Shown here piece after piece: positions 49,747 through 59,838 of a DNA stretch of 64,000 bases. Each line of letters starts with the position of its first letter. Position 1 is the first letter of the stretch. A program made the position numbers and the translations under genes. The DNA is from a virus, in the IMG/VR virus record IMGVR_UViG_3300046820_002568, positions 75,883-139,882 of that record; one strand, given 5' to 3'. Below the pieces are notes generated by a model. It saw only the letters and a program-made list of their open reading frames with translations, searched no databases and was not told the origin of the DNA.

Positions 49747-50457
49747 ATGAATAGACTTGAATTAATTTCAGAAAGTTTAGTTAAACAAATTAATGGTGAT
49801 GAACCAAATGAAGTAAAATTCTTTATCAATGAGGCAAAGACCATTGGCATTGATAAACTTCCATATTCATATTCCGCAATTAGAAGATTCATTGACCCTG
49901 AGACAATGAAGATTCATTATAGAAGACATTACAAAACTTATGTTAAAAAATTAAATTCGGCTCTCCGTAAAAAAGATTATGGAGATGTGGAACTTGAGGA
50001 TATTGTAAAACAAATTTCAAAGTATAGTACGGATATTAGAAACAATGCTGGTGGGGCATTTAATCACGCTCTTTTTTGGAAAATGCTTTCACCAAAATCT
50101 CAAAATCCATCGGGGGCAGTTTTAGATAGAATCAAAACTCAATACGGAACATTTAGAAGTTTTAGGACAAAATTTGAACAAGCCGCAAAATCAAGATTTG
50201 GTTCGGGTTGGGTTTGGTTAGTTGCAAAAGAAAATGGAAGTCTAAAAATAATGACAACACCAAATCAAGATAATCCACTTATGAATATCATATCACAAGG
50301 AGGGTTTCCAATTTTAGGACTTGATTTATGGGAACACGCTTACTACTTAAAGTACCAAAATAAAAGAGATGAGTATATTCAAAATTTTTGGGAAGTAGTT
50401 AATTGGGATTTTGTTAATCAATTATATATTCAAAAAACAAGCAAGAAAAATAATTAG
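49747..50457 (+). CDS. sodA: Fe/Mn superoxide dismutase (Mn-type residues) with N-terminal extension
   Basis: LPYSY, MKIHY..H...Y, NNAGGAFNH, FGSGWVWL, NQD, DLWEHAYY; all four metal ligands present. Confidence 0.93.
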   Translation: MNRLELISESLVKQINGDEPNEVKFFINEAKTIGIDKLPYSYSAIRRFIDPETMKIHYRRHYKTYVKKLNSALRKKDYGDVELEDIVKQISKYSTDIRNNAGGAFNHALFWKMLSPKSQNPSGAVLDRIKTQYGTFRSFRTKFEQAAKSRFGSGWVWLVAKENGSLKIMTTPNQDNPLMNIISQGGFPILGLDLWEHAYYLKYQNKRDEYIQNFWEVVNWDFVNQLYIQKTSKKNN

Positions 50458-50468
50458 ATTCATTTTGA

Positions 50469-50475
50469 TATTTAT
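50469..50475 (+). promoter_or_regulatory. Putative late promoter TATTTAT
   Basis: 15 nt upstream of ATG 50491. Confidence 0.6.
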
Positions 50476-50490
50476 ATATAAAATATCAAC

Positions 50491-51612
50491 ATGGCAATAA
50501 TTGCAGAACCACAAAGAAGTCAACTTTATACTAAAGTTAGGCATGTACTTGGAGCGCCTCTCCGCTCAATAGAACTTGAGGATGAGCAAATGGATACAAT
50601 ACTTGAGTTTGCAATAGGAGATTATTCTCAATATATTCAAGATTGGCTAATCGAATCTCAATGGACTTCATTATATAATTTAAATTTGGATACCCAATCA
50701 TTATCTCAAGCATTTATTACAAGAAGTTTTGATTATGAACAAAGATACCAATACTCGTATTCAAAAATTGTAGGTCTTCAGAACAATGGTCCGTGGGTAT
50801 TAAAAAAAGATTACATTACTTTAGAACCTAATAGACAAATATATGAAATACCCGCTAACCGAGAGATAAATGAACTTCTTTGGTACACTCCTTCAGAATT
50901 AACAAATATTCTTTTTGACCCTTGGAGCTTTGGCGCTCTTGGTGGTTATGGAATGGGAGGTCCTGCAGGTTACTCTCAGATGGGATATACTGGTTCATAT
51001 TTTATGATGCCAGCATTTGATATGATGTTAAGAATGCAAGAAATTAACATTCAAAGAAGAATTGTTGCTGGTGATAAAACTTATAGGGTAACCGCACTTC
51101 CTGATGGAAAAAAAGCAATACATTTGATGCAAACACCAGGTGGAAAATTTGACTTTGGTAATTCTTCACTTATGAACGGTAAAGTTTGGTATTGGTATTA
51201 TGATACTGAAGGTCAAGATAGAGATGCATGTTTGAGAGCAAATCCTGATATTGTTAAACTACCGTCAGATGTGCCAATGTGGGCAATGAGTTGGGCCGAT
51301 TTAAATGAACCGTCACAACAGTGGGTTAGAAGATATTTTATTGCAAGTTGTAAAGAAACTCTATCAAAGGTAAGAGGAAAATACTCAGGAAATTTGAAAA
51401 CTCCTGACTCTGAACTTACTATGGATTATGCCTCTCTTGCAACTGAAGGAAAAGATGAAAAGACAAAATTAGTTGAGGAACTAATAGGCGCCGAAGGTAA
51501 ATTGACAAGATTAAAACCTGAAAAGGTAATGGAAAGGGAAGCATTAATTGCGGAAAATTTAAATAAACAGCTCAAATTCAGAGCATTCCCAAGAAATTTA
51601 TATGTAATCTAA
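50491..51612 (+). CDS. Neck / head-tail adaptor (gp13-like)
   Basis: LGAPLRSIELEDEQ, WVRRYFIASCKETLSKVRGKY. Confidence 0.8.
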   Translation: MAIIAEPQRSQLYTKVRHVLGAPLRSIELEDEQMDTILEFAIGDYSQYIQDWLIESQWTSLYNLNLDTQSLSQAFITRSFDYEQRYQYSYSKIVGLQNNGPWVLKKDYITLEPNRQIYEIPANREINELLWYTPSELTNILFDPWSFGALGGYGMGGPAGYSQMGYTGSYFMMPAFDMMLRMQEINIQRRIVAGDKTYRVTALPDGKKAIHLMQTPGGKFDFGNSSLMNGKVWYWYYDTEGQDRDACLRANPDIVKLPSDVPMWAMSWADLNEPSQQWVRRYFIASCKETLSKVRGKYSGNLKTPDSELTMDYASLATEGKDEKTKLVEELIGAEGKLTRLKPEKVMEREALIAENLNKQLKFRAFPRNLYVI

Positions 51613-51956
51613 TGGCAATACAACGCTCAATTCCTTCTCAAAAAATTATCGCAGGTAAAGTAGTTGATACTTCAGAAATTTGTTTCGTTACTGATGAATC
51701 ATATGTAACCGGAGGAGAATCTGTAATCATCACCAAGACTTTAGAAAATATCACAATAAAATTAAATTCTTACACCACCGACCATATAATTATAAAATCT
51801 TTAACAAATACTAAGATTATACCAATTATGGGATTAATCGATGAAGAATATGGTGAAATGAATATTGGTAAGGGTGCAAGTGTTGAATTATATTTTGCCT
51901 TCGGTAATTGGTATATTGTTGCCTCTGATGGAATTAAGGAGGAGGGGTTAAACTAA
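51612..51956 (+). CDS. Small hypothetical (probably structural) protein
   Basis: 114 aa, TAATG-coupled to the neck gene; ends GASVELYFAFGNWYIV. Confidence 0.6.
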   Translation: MAIQRSIPSQKIIAGKVVDTSEICFVTDESYVTGGESVIITKTLENITIKLNSYTTDHIIIKSLTNTKIIPIMGLIDEEYGEMNIGKGASVELYFAFGNWYIVASDGIKEEGLN

Positions 51957-54875
51957 CTCCTCCCATCCTTCTTCAGCTAATCCATAAATGTACTCAGGGT
52001 CAATTCCTCTTTTCTCCCAATATATTTTTTCTTGGTCTGTAATAGTCAAAAGGTCATCAATACTATCTTGGTCTGCCGGCTCAAAAGGTACTCCGTTAAT
52101 TAATTTACATTGTTCTTTTGTAAAAATACCTCTTTCCTCAGGATTATCAACAATCAAATTATTTCTAACCTCTTCACCAAATACAATCAACAATGGCTCA
52201 ATTCTTTTGTTAAATGTAACAACTGCTCTTGCTACGTTATAATCACCTAACATATCAGGATTAGATTCTAACTCACTTTGATTTAATCTGTAACAATTAA
52301 GTTGGACCACAGAACCAACGATATCTGAAAATGCTATTTGATATGCCAAGTCTGTTGACCTTCCTGTATTGGCTTCCTTATTTGTTGCATCGCTACGGAC
52401 CCAATTATCCTCATCCCAAGATTGTTCCCATCCATTTTTTTGTAAAAATTTTACCTTTTCTTTTCTATCTTCATTAGTTTTGAAATGTAAATCTAATTGT
52501 TCTTGGGACCACCCTTTTTTAGGTTTATTGACCTTTTGAACATCCCCGTGTGACGCTTTTAATCCATTATTAACATAATAAATTACATCACCAAGATTAA
52601 CCGCAATCCCATCTCGGATTGCAAGTTCCATATGGGCCATTCTTGACATTTCATTTCCAGCTTTGGTCTTCTCCTTTGAGCGTTTTTTGTAATCATCCAT
52701 AGACAATTTAACCTTCGCTCTTTGGGCAATTTTCATAAGTGGAATTTGTTTGTCATAGATTTTTTGTAAGTATTCATAATACCACTCAACAAATTCTTGT
52801 CCGTTACCCTCGAGTAATTGTTTAATTCCTTTATCCAAAAAGTCCTCGATATAAAGTGGGAGTTTCTTACTCTTAATAGAATTACCAGTTAGTTTAATCT
52901 TACCATTGTGTTCCATTGTTGCGTAATTCTTACGAGCAATGTTCATACAGGATTTCCAAGTCCCATCACAGTCAAGACCCATTGCACCTTTCATAAACAT
53001 ATCATTAAACTCGGCAACATCTGCGTCATATCCTTCATACTCTTTACCTTCTTTTACGAGCCAATTGTTACCCTTACCGATGTATCTTCTATCATCAACA
53101 CCACCTTCAGGAAGTGAGAAGTTCATACCATCGGTATCACATACAAGTGGGGTATACCCTCTTTTCATAAAGAATCGTAACATCTGACGAAGGTATTGTC
53201 GCCCTGTGCAAGTAATCTGTTCACCCATATACATATCACCCCAGTGATACACCTGTGGAGCCGATAATGCTCCGAACATTGAGTTAATGAATATCTTAAT
53301 TGGAAGTTGTTTTCTATCAAATGACAAAGATTGTTTTTTATCTATAGATGCATATTCCTTTGCAAGATTTTTATATTTGATACGAGTGTTACGGAAGTAG
53401 TTAAGCATTCCCTTCATGGCTCCTGTAATATCGCAAGTTGGAAATACATCATGTACAAGTTGAATTGACGGATAAAGAGAGGAGAAGTCAAGTTTCAACA
53501 CATCAGTTGAATATCCTACTTTAAGTAGTCGTGATAATCCCCCAACAAATTCTGTCTTTTCATTTTTAGCAGGAATTGCAAGTTTGTGTTTGTAGGACCA
53601 AGCTCTCATTTGAATTTCCCAAAGAGTTGCAGTTCCCATAGTTGAAACTCTTTCATATGTTGTAGGTACAAGTGAAGCAAGAAGAAATGAACCTTGATTA
53701 AATTCCTCGTCTACTTTTAATGTTTCCTCCAAGTCATCATCCAAGTATCTCTCTACAATATTATCACCTGTAGTTTTAATATAGATGTCAGAATGTTTTG
53801 AACATGCTTCATCAACTTTTGGGTCAACACCAGCTTTCTTATATTTTCCGTTTTGAATGTTTAACCAATATTCTTCTTTGTTAGCATACATTGAACCAAT
53901 ATCTGTGTGGTCAATATAAACTCGGTCAGGAGCTTCGGCTGAAATGTATTGAGTAATATATTTCAAACCAGCCGACTTAATGTTTGAATTAATTGCCTGA
54001 GCCCTTCTAACTGCGTGAAGTGTATCCACAACATTATATCCCCACATTGATGTTTGATTAAATCTTTCTACTTCGTTTGCTAACTTTAGCATTGACTCAG
54101 ATTGTTTAATTGGGTTTGCGGAATTTAAAGTTTTTGCAATTCTTTTAATATCAAGTTTTAATGCCTTTGCTCTTTCAAATATCCAGTGCCAGTCGAAGTT
54201 AAATCCGTTGTAAGAGGCAATGATACTTGGTTTTAATTCATCTATCTTGTTAAAGAATTTAACAATCCCTTCTCTTTCTTGGTCTTCATTAGCACATTCA
54301 ATAACTTCACTAAAACCTTTGTTGGTTTTCATACCTATCATAAAGATTCGACCGTCTTTTGGTTCGAGTGCGGTCGTTTCTAAGTCGAATACAAATCTTG
54401 TGATACTATCATATTCATCAAAACCTTTGAACATTCTCTTTTCTTTAACAACAAGAAACTGTTCGACTGGAGGTAATATTAAAACAAGACCTTTTGTTTT
54501 ATCTCCCCATGGCTCAAGTCCCCCTTCTCGGAAAAACTGAATAAGTGAGCGATATCCATTTAAGGACTTAACCATATAAGTTAAACCTCTCTCAAGTCTA
54601 TCATTACCGTCTGTTCGGAGTTTCTCAATGACAATTTTATGTTTTGTCATTGCCTCTTTTTGAAGAGCCTTTGATGATTGGTAAAAGTTTAATCCACGCA
54701 AATCACCGACCCAAGCAAATGGAATGAAAGTGTCTTTTTTAATTTGTTTTCCGTGAATTGGATGTTCTATAATTTTCCAAATACAATCTTTAACATAATC
54801 GTATTCTACACCGATGATATATTTTTCATCGTCATTCCCCTGAAGGAATTGTTCAATTTCTTCGTTTGATATCAT
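51948..54875 (-). CDS. polB: DNA polymerase family B with 3'-5' exonuclease
   Basis: FDLET, YNGFNFD, DFSSLYPS, KIFINSMFG, CDTDG, KNY; no intein. Confidence 0.96.
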   Translation of the reverse strand: MISNEEIEQFLQGNDDEKYIIGVEYDYVKDCIWKIIEHPIHGKQIKKDTFIPFAWVGDLRGLNFYQSSKALQKEAMTKHKIVIEKLRTDGNDRLERGLTYMVKSLNGYRSLIQFFREGGLEPWGDKTKGLVLILPPVEQFLVVKEKRMFKGFDEYDSITRFVFDLETTALEPKDGRIFMIGMKTNKGFSEVIECANEDQEREGIVKFFNKIDELKPSIIASYNGFNFDWHWIFERAKALKLDIKRIAKTLNSANPIKQSESMLKLANEVERFNQTSMWGYNVVDTLHAVRRAQAINSNIKSAGLKYITQYISAEAPDRVYIDHTDIGSMYANKEEYWLNIQNGKYKKAGVDPKVDEACSKHSDIYIKTTGDNIVERYLDDDLEETLKVDEEFNQGSFLLASLVPTTYERVSTMGTATLWEIQMRAWSYKHKLAIPAKNEKTEFVGGLSRLLKVGYSTDVLKLDFSSLYPSIQLVHDVFPTCDITGAMKGMLNYFRNTRIKYKNLAKEYASIDKKQSLSFDRKQLPIKIFINSMFGALSAPQVYHWGDMYMGEQITCTGRQYLRQMLRFFMKRGYTPLVCDTDGMNFSLPEGGVDDRRYIGKGNNWLVKEGKEYEGYDADVAEFNDMFMKGAMGLDCDGTWKSCMNIARKNYATMEHNGKIKLTGNSIKSKKLPLYIEDFLDKGIKQLLEGNGQEFVEWYYEYLQKIYDKQIPLMKIAQRAKVKLSMDDYKKRSKEKTKAGNEMSRMAHMELAIRDGIAVNLGDVIYYVNNGLKASHGDVQKVNKPKKGWSQEQLDLHFKTNEDRKEKVKFLQKNGWEQSWDEDNWVRSDATNKEANTGRSTDLAYQIAFSDIVGSVVQLNCYRLNQSELESNPDMLGDYNVARAVVTFNKRIEPLLIVFGEEVRNNLIVDNPEERGIFTKEQCKLINGVPFEPADQDSIDDLLTITDQEKIYWEKRGIDPEYIYGLAEEGWEELV

Positions 54876-54901
54876 TATACTTAATTTTTTGGTGTATTAG
54901 C

Positions 54902-54919
54902 TGCCGAACTGTCTCGACA
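54902..54919 (-). promoter_or_regulatory. RNA hairpin in the DNA polymerase 5' leader (candidate translational operator)
   Basis: UGUCGAG-ACAG-UUCGGCA, lying between promoter and ATG. Confidence 0.4.
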
Positions 54920-54933
54920 TTGACCTTTTTTGA

Positions 54934-54965
54934 TAAGTATAATTCAACTTATTTTGGAAATCAAA
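54934..54965 (-). promoter_or_regulatory. Host-type promoter variant TTTG-N20-TATACTTA for polB
   Basis: Same -33 element and 20-nt spacing as the SSB promoter. Confidence 0.55.
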
Positions 54966-54969
54966 TATA

Positions 54970-57099
54970 TTAAGATGTACAAATTCTGTTAATTCTGGCA
55001 GAGAAAGGAATGTAATTTAAAAGAATTTCAGAATTATTTGGTTCGTAAATTATATATGCGTTAGTAAATCCAGTTTGTTGTCCAAGACCAATTAAACCTT
55101 CGTCGGTTAATGTGCCAATATCAATCTTTATTAAGCCAAATATGTCTGGAGATTGAACATTTAGTATATAAAGTTTATTATTTACTTCATCAATTGTCAT
55201 ACTTGTATTAGTTCCACTATATGGGGTTAAATCAAAACTAGTTGCAACTGAACCTACTCCGTCATAAACAAATAATTCATTTCCACTAACCAATAAGTAC
55301 ATGTACGAATTGGTTATATCATAAACTAATCTTTTTACCTCACCACTGTAACCACCTGATGGTATTGTTTCAGTACCAACAATTAACTTTGTTGTTGGGT
55401 CAATTCTAACAATGGTATCTCCTGAAGAAACGACCCAGAATTTGTTATCAAGTCTTGAATAAGTAATGTCGCCATTTGTAGTTGCGGTAACATTAATACT
55501 TGCATTTATTAATTGAGTTGATATGTTAATTTGTCCATAATTAGTATCGTCATTTGTAAATCCAACAAAACTATTAGTTCTATCCACTGACATGGTCTCT
55601 GTAACTATACCCGAACCAATTGTTGATGAAGTCGTATTTGTAATGTCATATAAATCTATAGCCTTTATGCTTGCATCACTACCTATATAGATAAATTCAC
55701 TACTTCCGTCATTGGCATAAACCATAGACGAGTAAGTTGCTGGACCTCCTGATAATGAATTAGGATATGTCTCAACATAAGAATAACTTGAATCGTAAAC
55801 TTCTGTACCACCAGTTGTTGCAACATATATATAACCATTATTTGGACTAATAACTTTATACACATCATTTGTTGTATTAAAATAACCAACAATATAAGGA
55901 CAGGTTTGACCTGTAGTTGAAGTTGTCGGTGTAACTGTCATTGTTGGAGTATTTGTCGGAGTCACACTTGGAGGTGTTTCTGATGGTGTTGGAGTATTAG
56001 TTGGAGTCTGAGTTAATGTAGGAGTATTAGTAGGAGTTTCCGTTACTGAAGGAGTTGGAGTATTAGTAGGAGTTTCAGTCATTGTAGGTGTAACCGTTGG
56101 TGTTTGAGTATTTGTCGGTGTGTTAGTAGGGGTTGGGGTAACGCTTTCAGTGGGTGTATTAGTAGGTGTTGGAGTCAATGTCTCAGTCACAGAAGGTGTA
56201 GGGGTATTAGTAGGTGTTACAGTTGGTGTTGGTGTTTCACTTCCCGTAGGAGTATTTGTAGGGGTTGATGTTTGAGTCGGTGTGTTAGTTGAAGTCGGTG
56301 TTGATGTTAAAGTAGGGGTTGGTGTTTTTGTTGGAGTCACTGAAGGAGGAGGTGTATTAAAAATTGAGCTTCCCTCGAAATTTAAAACAGTATTTGGAAT
56401 ATCATCGATAAATTCTACTGATGATATATAAGAAATCTGAGATAAATTATTATAATCATAATTTGAAAAAACTATCTGTGATGTACCTCTTGTTTCGCCA
56501 GATGAAATTGTAACACCTGTAAATATTTCTATTGTCGAACCCGTAATAACTTCTAAAGTATTTGTAAAATTAACTGTTATATCCTTGTCATAACTTTTTG
56601 TACTTGTTAATATATAATCAACAATTAAAGAACCTGGATAATAATATGCCTCTAAGATTAATCCATCTATATCAAAAGTTTCTTGGAATCCGCAGCACGG
56701 TAAATTTAAAGAATATAAATCAGAGAATGATGAGTTATCGGCCGCAAAAGAATCAATGACATTAACATAAAACTTTTCTTGTAAAGGTAAAATAATTACA
56801 CCATTTTCAGAAGTCACGGAAATTTGAACTTCATATCTGCCTTCTTTTATTGTGTCTTTGTTAGTGAATTGATAATTTAAATAATATAAAGTTTTCCCCT
56901 CAAATGGGGAAACTTCGGTAGTTACAAAACACTCTTTAGAAGAAAATAATATTTTATCAATTGTTTTATCAAACAATGAAATGTAAAAAGTATTATTTGA
57001 ATCTAAAAATGAATTCAAATTAAAATCGCTTCTACCGTCCCTACATATCTCAACCTTTAGAACAGGAAGAGTGGCATTTTTTTTAATATAAAATTCCAT
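54970..57099 (-). CDS. Putative virion fibre/adhesin: BppU-like N-domain, mucin-like Thr/Pro stalk, C-terminal beta-propeller
   Basis: N-terminus paralogous to 57099-57467; ~145-aa TPT repeat; blades such as [29 protein letters not shown]. Confidence 0.7.
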   Translation of the reverse strand: MEFYIKKNATLPVLKVEICRDGRSDFNLNSFLDSNNTFYISLFDKTIDKILFSSKECFVTTEVSPFEGKTLYYLNYQFTNKDTIKEGRYEVQISVTSENGVIILPLQEKFYVNVIDSFAADNSSFSDLYSLNLPCCGFQETFDIDGLILEAYYYPGSLIVDYILTSTKSYDKDITVNFTNTLEVITGSTIEIFTGVTISSGETRGTSQIVFSNYDYNNLSQISYISSVEFIDDIPNTVLNFEGSSIFNTPPPSVTPTKTPTPTLTSTPTSTNTPTQTSTPTNTPTGSETPTPTVTPTNTPTPSVTETLTPTPTNTPTESVTPTPTNTPTNTQTPTVTPTMTETPTNTPTPSVTETPTNTPTLTQTPTNTPTPSETPPSVTPTNTPTMTVTPTTSTTGQTCPYIVGYFNTTNDVYKVISPNNGYIYVATTGGTEVYDSSYSYVETYPNSLSGGPATYSSMVYANDGSSEFIYIGSDASIKAIDLYDITNTTSSTIGSGIVTETMSVDRTNSFVGFTNDDTNYGQINISTQLINASINVTATTNGDITYSRLDNKFWVVSSGDTIVRIDPTTKLIVGTETIPSGGYSGEVKRLVYDITNSYMYLLVSGNELFVYDGVGSVATSFDLTPYSGTNTSMTIDEVNNKLYILNVQSPDIFGLIKIDIGTLTDEGLIGLGQQTGFTNAYIIYEPNNSEILLNYIPFSARINRICTS
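55915..56355 (-). repeat. Mucin-like (TPT[NPVE]) peptide repeat
   Basis: [19 protein letters not shown] units, codon-diverged at the DNA level. Confidence 0.95.
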
Positions 57100-57467
57100 T
57101 ATCCTCTTATAAAGTTTTCAACTATGTTTATATAAAGTTTTTCTTTTATTGGTAAAATCAAAGTACCATCATCATTAATAAAAACAAATTCGCCCTCATA
57201 TCTACCAACTTTATTGGTGTCACGAAGATTGAATTTATAATAAATATAATACTCTACTTTACTGTTAGGTTCAATAAAAACTTTATTGGTGAATCCCGCC
57301 TTTTTATTTAATATTTTGTAATTACCATCCACCACATTTTTCATAGAAAAAAAAATGGAAGAATTCTCAATTATTGAGTTAAATTCTTCCATTGAAGATT
57401 TTCCATTATAATCCAATTCCATTTTTAGAACTGGCAAAGTAGAATTCTGAGTTATATAAAATTCCAT
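57099..57467 (-). CDS. Stand-alone BppU-N-like (Ig-like) protein
   Basis: [18 protein letters not shown]...YYKF...DT...GRYEGEF...LILP. Confidence 0.6.
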   Translation of the reverse strand: MEFYITQNSTLPVLKMELDYNGKSSMEEFNSIIENSSIFFSMKNVVDGNYKILNKKAGFTNKVFIEPNSKVEYYIYYKFNLRDTNKVGRYEGEFVFINDDGTLILPIKEKLYINIVENFIRG

Positions 57468-57471
57468 ATAT

Positions 57472-57478
57472 ATAAATA
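57472..57478 (-). promoter_or_regulatory. Putative late promoter TATTTAT
   Basis: 4 nt upstream of ATG 57467. Confidence 0.6.
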
Positions 57479-57483
57479 TGGAA

Positions 57484-59814
57484 TTAACACTCTTTTCTTA
57501 AAGAAGCATCATAATGTTCAAATCTATTATGTTCTGTAGGTGTCATAAGTAACAGACCTGGTTTTAAATTTCCTTTAATCATTTCTTGGAAATTATGTGA
57601 CATTATTGTCTGTTCAAATGGAGACGCATATACCGTTTCTAAATAACACTTATAATTACCTTTTTTAGTGAATAATACGGGCCAATTACACAAATATATT
57701 TCTCCAGTTACATATGGAACCCCTTTATGTGATTTTATTTCATCAAACTTAGTTCTTGGGGCATTTGGGTCTATACCCATCTGAGGTAATTTTTTATTAT
57801 TTGGCCAATAAGTTTCCCTAAATGATTGTGGAACATTATACCAACTCCACTGAGTAGAATTATCACCATAAAACTCAGTAAAATTCATTTTGAGGAAATC
57901 AAAATTTTCTTTTTGTGAAATTTCCAAAACTTTATTGTAAAGGTTTGGAATATATCTATTAAATCCATTTTTACAAGTGCCCTCTTTCTTATCAAAGAAA
58001 AACATATCATCCTCAAAAAAGAAATAAAAATCTAAATCCAAGGAGTCAAAATGAGTTGCAATGAACTGTCTTCCACCTGTAATTCCTAAATTTTCGTTTT
58101 TCCAAATTATTTCAAAATTATATTCTTTGGCAATTTTTTTATATTCATCATCCGTTGACCTATCAGTTGAGTTATTTAGTAAATATTTAATAGGTTTTTC
58201 TATAAAATTGTTATCATATGATAACATAGAATCAATTAGTGTTTTAAGCTGATTTGGGCTATTAAATGATATTACATAAAGAGCAGTTTTACTAAAATCT
58301 AATTTTTCTTTAGCAACTTTAATTTGTACATTATCTAAAAAAGTTCCATTTTTTAAATCTTCAAAAAATGGCCATATCAATCCATCACCCTTAATATTGT
58401 ATTGGGTAATTAAATCAAAATGATTATATAAAATAATACTAAATATACTTTCCTCGGTACCCATATAACCTTCGTTTAATGAAGAATTCAAATAGGCATA
58501 ATAAATTCCATTTATTTCGTTTATTCTTTCTTTTTTTCCTCCAAAAAATCCTCCCCTACATACAAATTTAACATAGTCAGTATTGGCATATTTGGCAATT
58601 GCGGTTCTTTCAAATCCATGTATTTCTCCACCGCCATCATATGGATATGTTAAAAATGTAAAATCATTTGTCTTAGATATAAATTCTGGAAGTTTGTCAA
58701 AAACTTTATCATGTGTAAAGTACCCATAATGTACAGTATTTGTAATTCCAGCATCTATCCAGAAAAAATATTCACTGTTAAACGGGTTCCATATAGTGAC
58801 ATTATTTAACATAAACATTTTACTCATAACTAAAGGATTATATCCTTCTAAGGTTGCTTGTGGAGATTCTCTAAGCCATGAAGCTTGGGATAACCATTCT
58901 TCTTTTTTTCTAATCTCATCAGTTAAGTTTGTAAAATTAAACCATTCTCTTAGTTCAGATATAGACATTTTATTAATTACTGTATTTTCAGGACTTCTAT
59001 GTTGCCAAATAAATTCCTCATCTGACGGGTCACAAAAAATATACATACTAATGTCTGTTTTAAGCAACTGACTAAATTTTTCTTTATAGTCTTCGTAACC
59101 CCTTTTAAACGAGTCACTAATTTTACCTCTACCTAAATCCCAAAGACCTGTAACTATTGTTACTTTATTATCTTTCTTTAATTTAGTTGGTTCTGTTTTA
59201 GACTCGGAATTTAAATAAATGTAATTCGCATCAGGATAGTTTCTAACAACATATTTTAAATAATTATTTGGTATCTGTAGTTGTCCGACCTCGAAATAAA
59301 TTTCATTTGGTATTTTGTTTACAAATATACCGTAATCAAATCTTAAGCATATTGGGTGAAATCCTCCAAACCTTTCTATAAAATTTTCTAAAGTTAAGTC
59401 AGGTTGTAGATGTGTTTCATATACATTACCAAAATGTTCCCCCTGCTCTGACTCAAACGGAACACCTATAATTGTTGGTATATTTTTTAACTTATTAATT
59501 AGGTCAATTGCCACCGATTTTTCAATATGCTCTAAAACATCCCCCAAAATAATTAGGTCGTATTTATTAAATTCAATATCTAATTTACTAATATCACCAA
59601 TGATGATTTTATTATATTTTTTATTTAATTCAAACTTTTCAATATACTCTTCAAAAACTTCAACCCCTTCAATGTTTGAGTACCCAAGTGGTTTTAACAT
59701 GTCGGAATATGTTCCGCAACCTACTCCAATATCTAAAATCTTAATTGATTTATTAAAATTTTTAGTAATATAATTTTTTGTTTGTTCTTTAAAATATGAT
59801 GTACTAAATGGCAT
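57484..59814 (-). CDS. Tri-domain enzyme: class I SAM methyltransferase + HtrL/YibB-like glycosyltransferase + GT-A glycosyltransferase
   Basis: ILDIGVGCG/DVLEH; VTIVTGLWDLGR...NPFNSEYFFWIDAG...GGFFGG...GTEE; NLGITGGR...FFEDD. Confidence 0.78.
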   Translation of the reverse strand: MPFSTSYFKEQTKNYITKNFNKSIKILDIGVGCGTYSDMLKPLGYSNIEGVEVFEEYIEKFELNKKYNKIIIGDISKLDIEFNKYDLIILGDVLEHIEKSVAIDLINKLKNIPTIIGVPFESEQGEHFGNVYETHLQPDLTLENFIERFGGFHPICLRFDYGIFVNKIPNEIYFEVGQLQIPNNYLKYVVRNYPDANYIYLNSESKTEPTKLKKDNKVTIVTGLWDLGRGKISDSFKRGYEDYKEKFSQLLKTDISMYIFCDPSDEEFIWQHRSPENTVINKMSISELREWFNFTNLTDEIRKKEEWLSQASWLRESPQATLEGYNPLVMSKMFMLNNVTIWNPFNSEYFFWIDAGITNTVHYGYFTHDKVFDKLPEFISKTNDFTFLTYPYDGGGEIHGFERTAIAKYANTDYVKFVCRGGFFGGKKERINEINGIYYAYLNSSLNEGYMGTEESIFSIILYNHFDLITQYNIKGDGLIWPFFEDLKNGTFLDNVQIKVAKEKLDFSKTALYVISFNSPNQLKTLIDSMLSYDNNFIEKPIKYLLNNSTDRSTDDEYKKIAKEYNFEIIWKNENLGITGGRQFIATHFDSLDLDFYFFFEDDMFFFDKKEGTCKNGFNRYIPNLYNKVLEISQKENFDFLKMNFTEFYGDNSTQWSWYNVPQSFRETYWPNNKKLPQMGIDPNAPRTKFDEIKSHKGVPYVTGEIYLCNWPVLFTKKGNYKCYLETVYASPFEQTIMSHNFQEMIKGNLKPGLLLMTPTEHNRFEHYDASLRKEC

Positions 59815-59838
59815 GACTTGTTATTTGTTTTTTTTATT

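Noticed and set aside
13352-54875. Inteins or group I introns in nrdA, nrdB, helicases, recombinase or polB
   Set aside because: ORFs are continuous with normal motif spacing and no C...HN-[CST] intein ends; the HNHs are free-standing
10378-57478. Plus-strand TATAAATA read as canonical T4 late promoters
   Set aside because: They would point away from the adjacent genes; plus-strand genes carry TATTTAT, so that is the functional orientation
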